From contig JAGVJJ010000044.1 in the NCBI GenBank assembly GCA_020051175.1, positions 192,761 through 256,760 of the forward strand: a stretch of DNA of 64,000 bases. The letters are read 5' to 3'. This DNA comes from Bacteroidia bacterium. Lineage in GTDB: Bacteria > Bacteroidota > Bacteroidia > 2-12-FULL-35-15. The notes beneath the pieces were generated by a model, which ran no database searches, was not told where the DNA came from, and was given only the letters and a program-made list of their open reading frames with translations. The position numbers and the translations under genes are program-made. Every line of letters starts with the position of its first letter. The first letter of the stretch is position 1. Of this stretch, positions 62,901 to 64,000 are shown piece by piece.

Positions 62901-64000
62901 GTATGAATTATCCTACAGTGTATAACTGCGAATTCAATGTAGACGATTATTCTCAGCTTTCATCGGGTCTTTACCTGGATAATTGTAAATATTACTCGAT
63001 TCAAAAAAATGAGTTCTATACTACTACCGCTGGTGGGGGTTCTGTAGGAATTTGGGTAAACGATTCTAAAAACGGTGCACATGAGATATACAACAATACG
63101 TTTACAGGGTTGGCAGCTGGCATTGTGCCATTAAACAATAATTCCGGTATGTTTAACTATACAGATGGTTTGCGTATGAATTGCAATACATTTATTGGTA
63201 ATACTTATGACATAGGTATTACCGGTAGTATAGCCAATAATAATTCGGTTGCCCTGGTGCAAGGTTATACTCCCGGCACAGCAAGGGATTTGGTAAGGAA
63301 CCAGTATTCTGCAGTCTGTGGCAGTGAAAACCAGTTTTTCATCACAGGCTCTACTAAACAGGTAATTCATGCCACCAATTCTAATGCAAGCACTCAACCT
63401 TTACCTCCTTTATGCAGCGATGTCCTTGTCGATGTTCAGCAAACAAGTATAGCCTTTCAGGCTGCGGACTGCCCGGATAAAACCCTGCTAACTAACCAGC
63501 AACGAACCACCTTTATAAACCAGTTAACCACCGATGCACAGGTATTGAAAACTAATTACAATGCCTTACTGGATGGAGGCAATACTCAGCAATTGTTAAA
63601 TGCGGTAAACAGTAATATGTCTGCGGGCACTTTAAAAAATACGCTAACAAACAAATCTCCTTATTTGTCGGATACTGTAATGGTAAGTTACTTAGGTAAA
63701 CCCTCACCACCTCCACCCGGCCATATAAAGGACGTAATAACATCTAATTCACCGGTAACCGCTAAGGTAAAATCAAAAGTTGATGCGATAAATCTGCCAA
63801 ACGGAATCAGGCAGCAGATAAATAATTCACAAACCGGAACTTCTGACAGATTAAAGCTGGAAGCGCAGATAGCGCATACTGAATTTAATAGTCAGCTTTA
63901 TACTGCTGATATAATTAATTCTTTCCTGAACGATACTCTTGCAGTAAACCCTATAGATAGTGTAATTAAAGTGCTATCAATTTATCCAAGACCCAATGCT
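59987..64000 (+). CDS. Large secreted zinc metalloprotease, M43 (pappalysin/ulilysin-like) catalytic domain followed by beta-helix-like repeats; 3' end outside window
   Basis: It is not in the ORF track because it has no stop in the window. I translated frame 2 by hand from the ATG at 59987 to 64000 (1338 codons, no stop). It has a signal (VGVIGMLLLLAAISQAQ), a zinc site HICHEYGHALGLHHTYDG at ~61655-61708, and a downstream SPKSAGRMHRAL resembling the family Met-turn region. Confidence 0.75.
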   Translation, partial: MLKRYIQHIRSFTLQPSRWKVGVIGMLLLLAAISQAQITTGYIVKGGPDTGSFSGGVLIGTTSKINYAPTEQRILIDEKPGILEGSWKDVTGVNQSTTSLTKTAADGWGNAGAASDSILDTLQNGWIQYKVNNLSDVLAFGLSVSNIDAHYNSIDYAVMINAGQLYVYNQGQLVGNYGAVAVNDSIRIERVGNILFFTRNGILFYNREVDIKQPVMADVALYSQGIAFEMKSSFVDVPHGCQSALHISSAPCVLNNVLHSGEKWFSFTANRTTQTIELHSTTSGHVHTMGFYSGTCSNLNVVDSINVTTANSNILRLNEGNLIVGNTYYIKASKASTCNLCSNSNTEFDLCLRPAPPEIISECGTNTDNIPSTDPSRGVDCSNSGTDWTTKYRTPSHWIPDNNTPVKTILVNIIACRDNLGNNGWQDTPEFRADLDLLFQNINNRYSNVQSKGYALTCEPSVDYITDTRIRFELNELIFLDISAFNILCAYGSGGVIDSYVRANYPNSRKAMNHIFTSPSSYCGHLGYYEINVGNGYVHTKGMWEDFYMNHPDYIGHICHEYGHALGLHHTYDGERTQISNFDFLDDVFGTCPEPSMSDPGHPCFADCGPPNYGLCASTPAPGNITYLPKCFFSGISGAPLMCGGGQGDNTTITYISPKSAGRMHRALSLIGNSFVISNQPMHQYVKEKYSYPVPLEITTNEIWDFKIQLYQDIIVKNGAKLTINCEVRMPINGKIIVERGAQLIIDGGVITTAWDNSLWKGIQVHGYYFASQQIPGDQGKVILKNGALIENAYEGIITIKKDNNGNVDWNYTGGIIQAQNTTFRNCRKAVAFLSYRNFHPITGATLNNLSYFRNCVFETTQQLNDPNANIDDHVSLYDVQGIRFLGCDFSNTAPAGANHGIIQNGIKSIDASYIVSSLCLSTTLPCSSSKSSTFSNLNYGIYATNSNPLLKVTVSNSKFTGNRYDGIHLKGMNYPTVYNCEFNVDDYSQLSSGLYLDNCKYYSIQKNEFYTTTAGGGSVGIWVNDSKNGAHEIYNNTFTGLAAGIVPLNNNSGMFNYTDGLRMNCNTFIGNTYDIGITGSIANNNSVALVQGYTPGTARDLVRNQYSAVCGSENQFFITGSTKQVIHATNSNASTQPLPPLCSDVLVDVQQTSIAFQAADCPDKTLLTNQQRTTFINQLTTDAQVLKTNYNALLDGGNTQQLLNAVNSNMSAGTLKNTLTNKSPYLSDTVMVSYLGKPSPPPPGHIKDVITSNSPVTAKVKSKVDAINLPNGIRQQINNSQTGTSDRLKLEAQIAHTEFNSQLYTADIINSFLNDTLAVNPIDSVIKVLSIYPRPNA

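Noticed and set aside
1-64000. CRISPR arrays, tRNA/rRNA genes, transposases, integrases, prophage blocks and recognisable defence systems (restriction-modification, toxin-antitoxin pairs, CBASS- or retron-like)
   Set aside because: I found no evenly spaced direct repeats, no tRNA-like T-arm/acceptor patterns and no matching ORF motifs on either strand. The YwqK-like MORN protein at 3-458 has a lipoprotein signal and no adjacent toxin within the window.

Overview
This 64-kb window looks like chromosomal DNA from a Bacteroidota organism with a type IX secretion system (T9SS). It has about 40% GC and is densely coded, with no rRNA, tRNA, CRISPR array, transposase or integrase that I could recognise. 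The taxonomic call rests on a PorP/SprF gene, one T9SS type-B and three type-A C-terminal sorting domains, many lipobox (L-x-x-C) signal peptides, and TAnnTTTG-type -7 boxes.

The housekeeping backbone comprises rnpA-yidD, ctp-like S41 peptidase, kbl, purT, a POT transporter, mnmH/selD, coaD, pyrE, priA, trxA, an M13 peptidase, LPS glycosyltransferases and a rimK module. It is interleaved with accessory surface and stress loci.

The parts I consider most worth follow-up are:
- (1) A co-directional minus-strand gene string (2879-11717). Five small lipoproteins or Tat-exported proteins collectively resemble a split version of the uncharacterised planctomycete-type PSCyt/DUF1549-like + DUF1501 pair. 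They run with 2-19 nt gaps into a 1177-aa T9SS type-B adhesin and its PorP/SprF partner.
- (2) A 10-gene minus-strand stress module (40456-46163). It combines erythromycin-esterase-like, phosphoribosyltransferase-like and dienelactone-hydrolase-like genes (overlapping reading frames) with Hsp20, a DUF326 Cys-rich copper-binding protein and four low-complexity, probably disordered proteins. One of these carries a (Gly-Thr)n tract encoded by a hexanucleotide microsatellite.
- (3) Two collagen-like (G-X-Y)n surface proteins. One ends in a cupredoxin-like domain with an amicyanin-type ligand pattern. The other is a tail-fibre-like protein interrupted by a 1-nt frameshift.
- (4) A >1337-codon ORF (59987 to the window end) that is absent from the supplied ORF track because it has no stop in the window. 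It carries an M43/pappalysin-type HExxHxxGxxH zinc site.

All functional calls come from reading motifs by eye. No database search was run.
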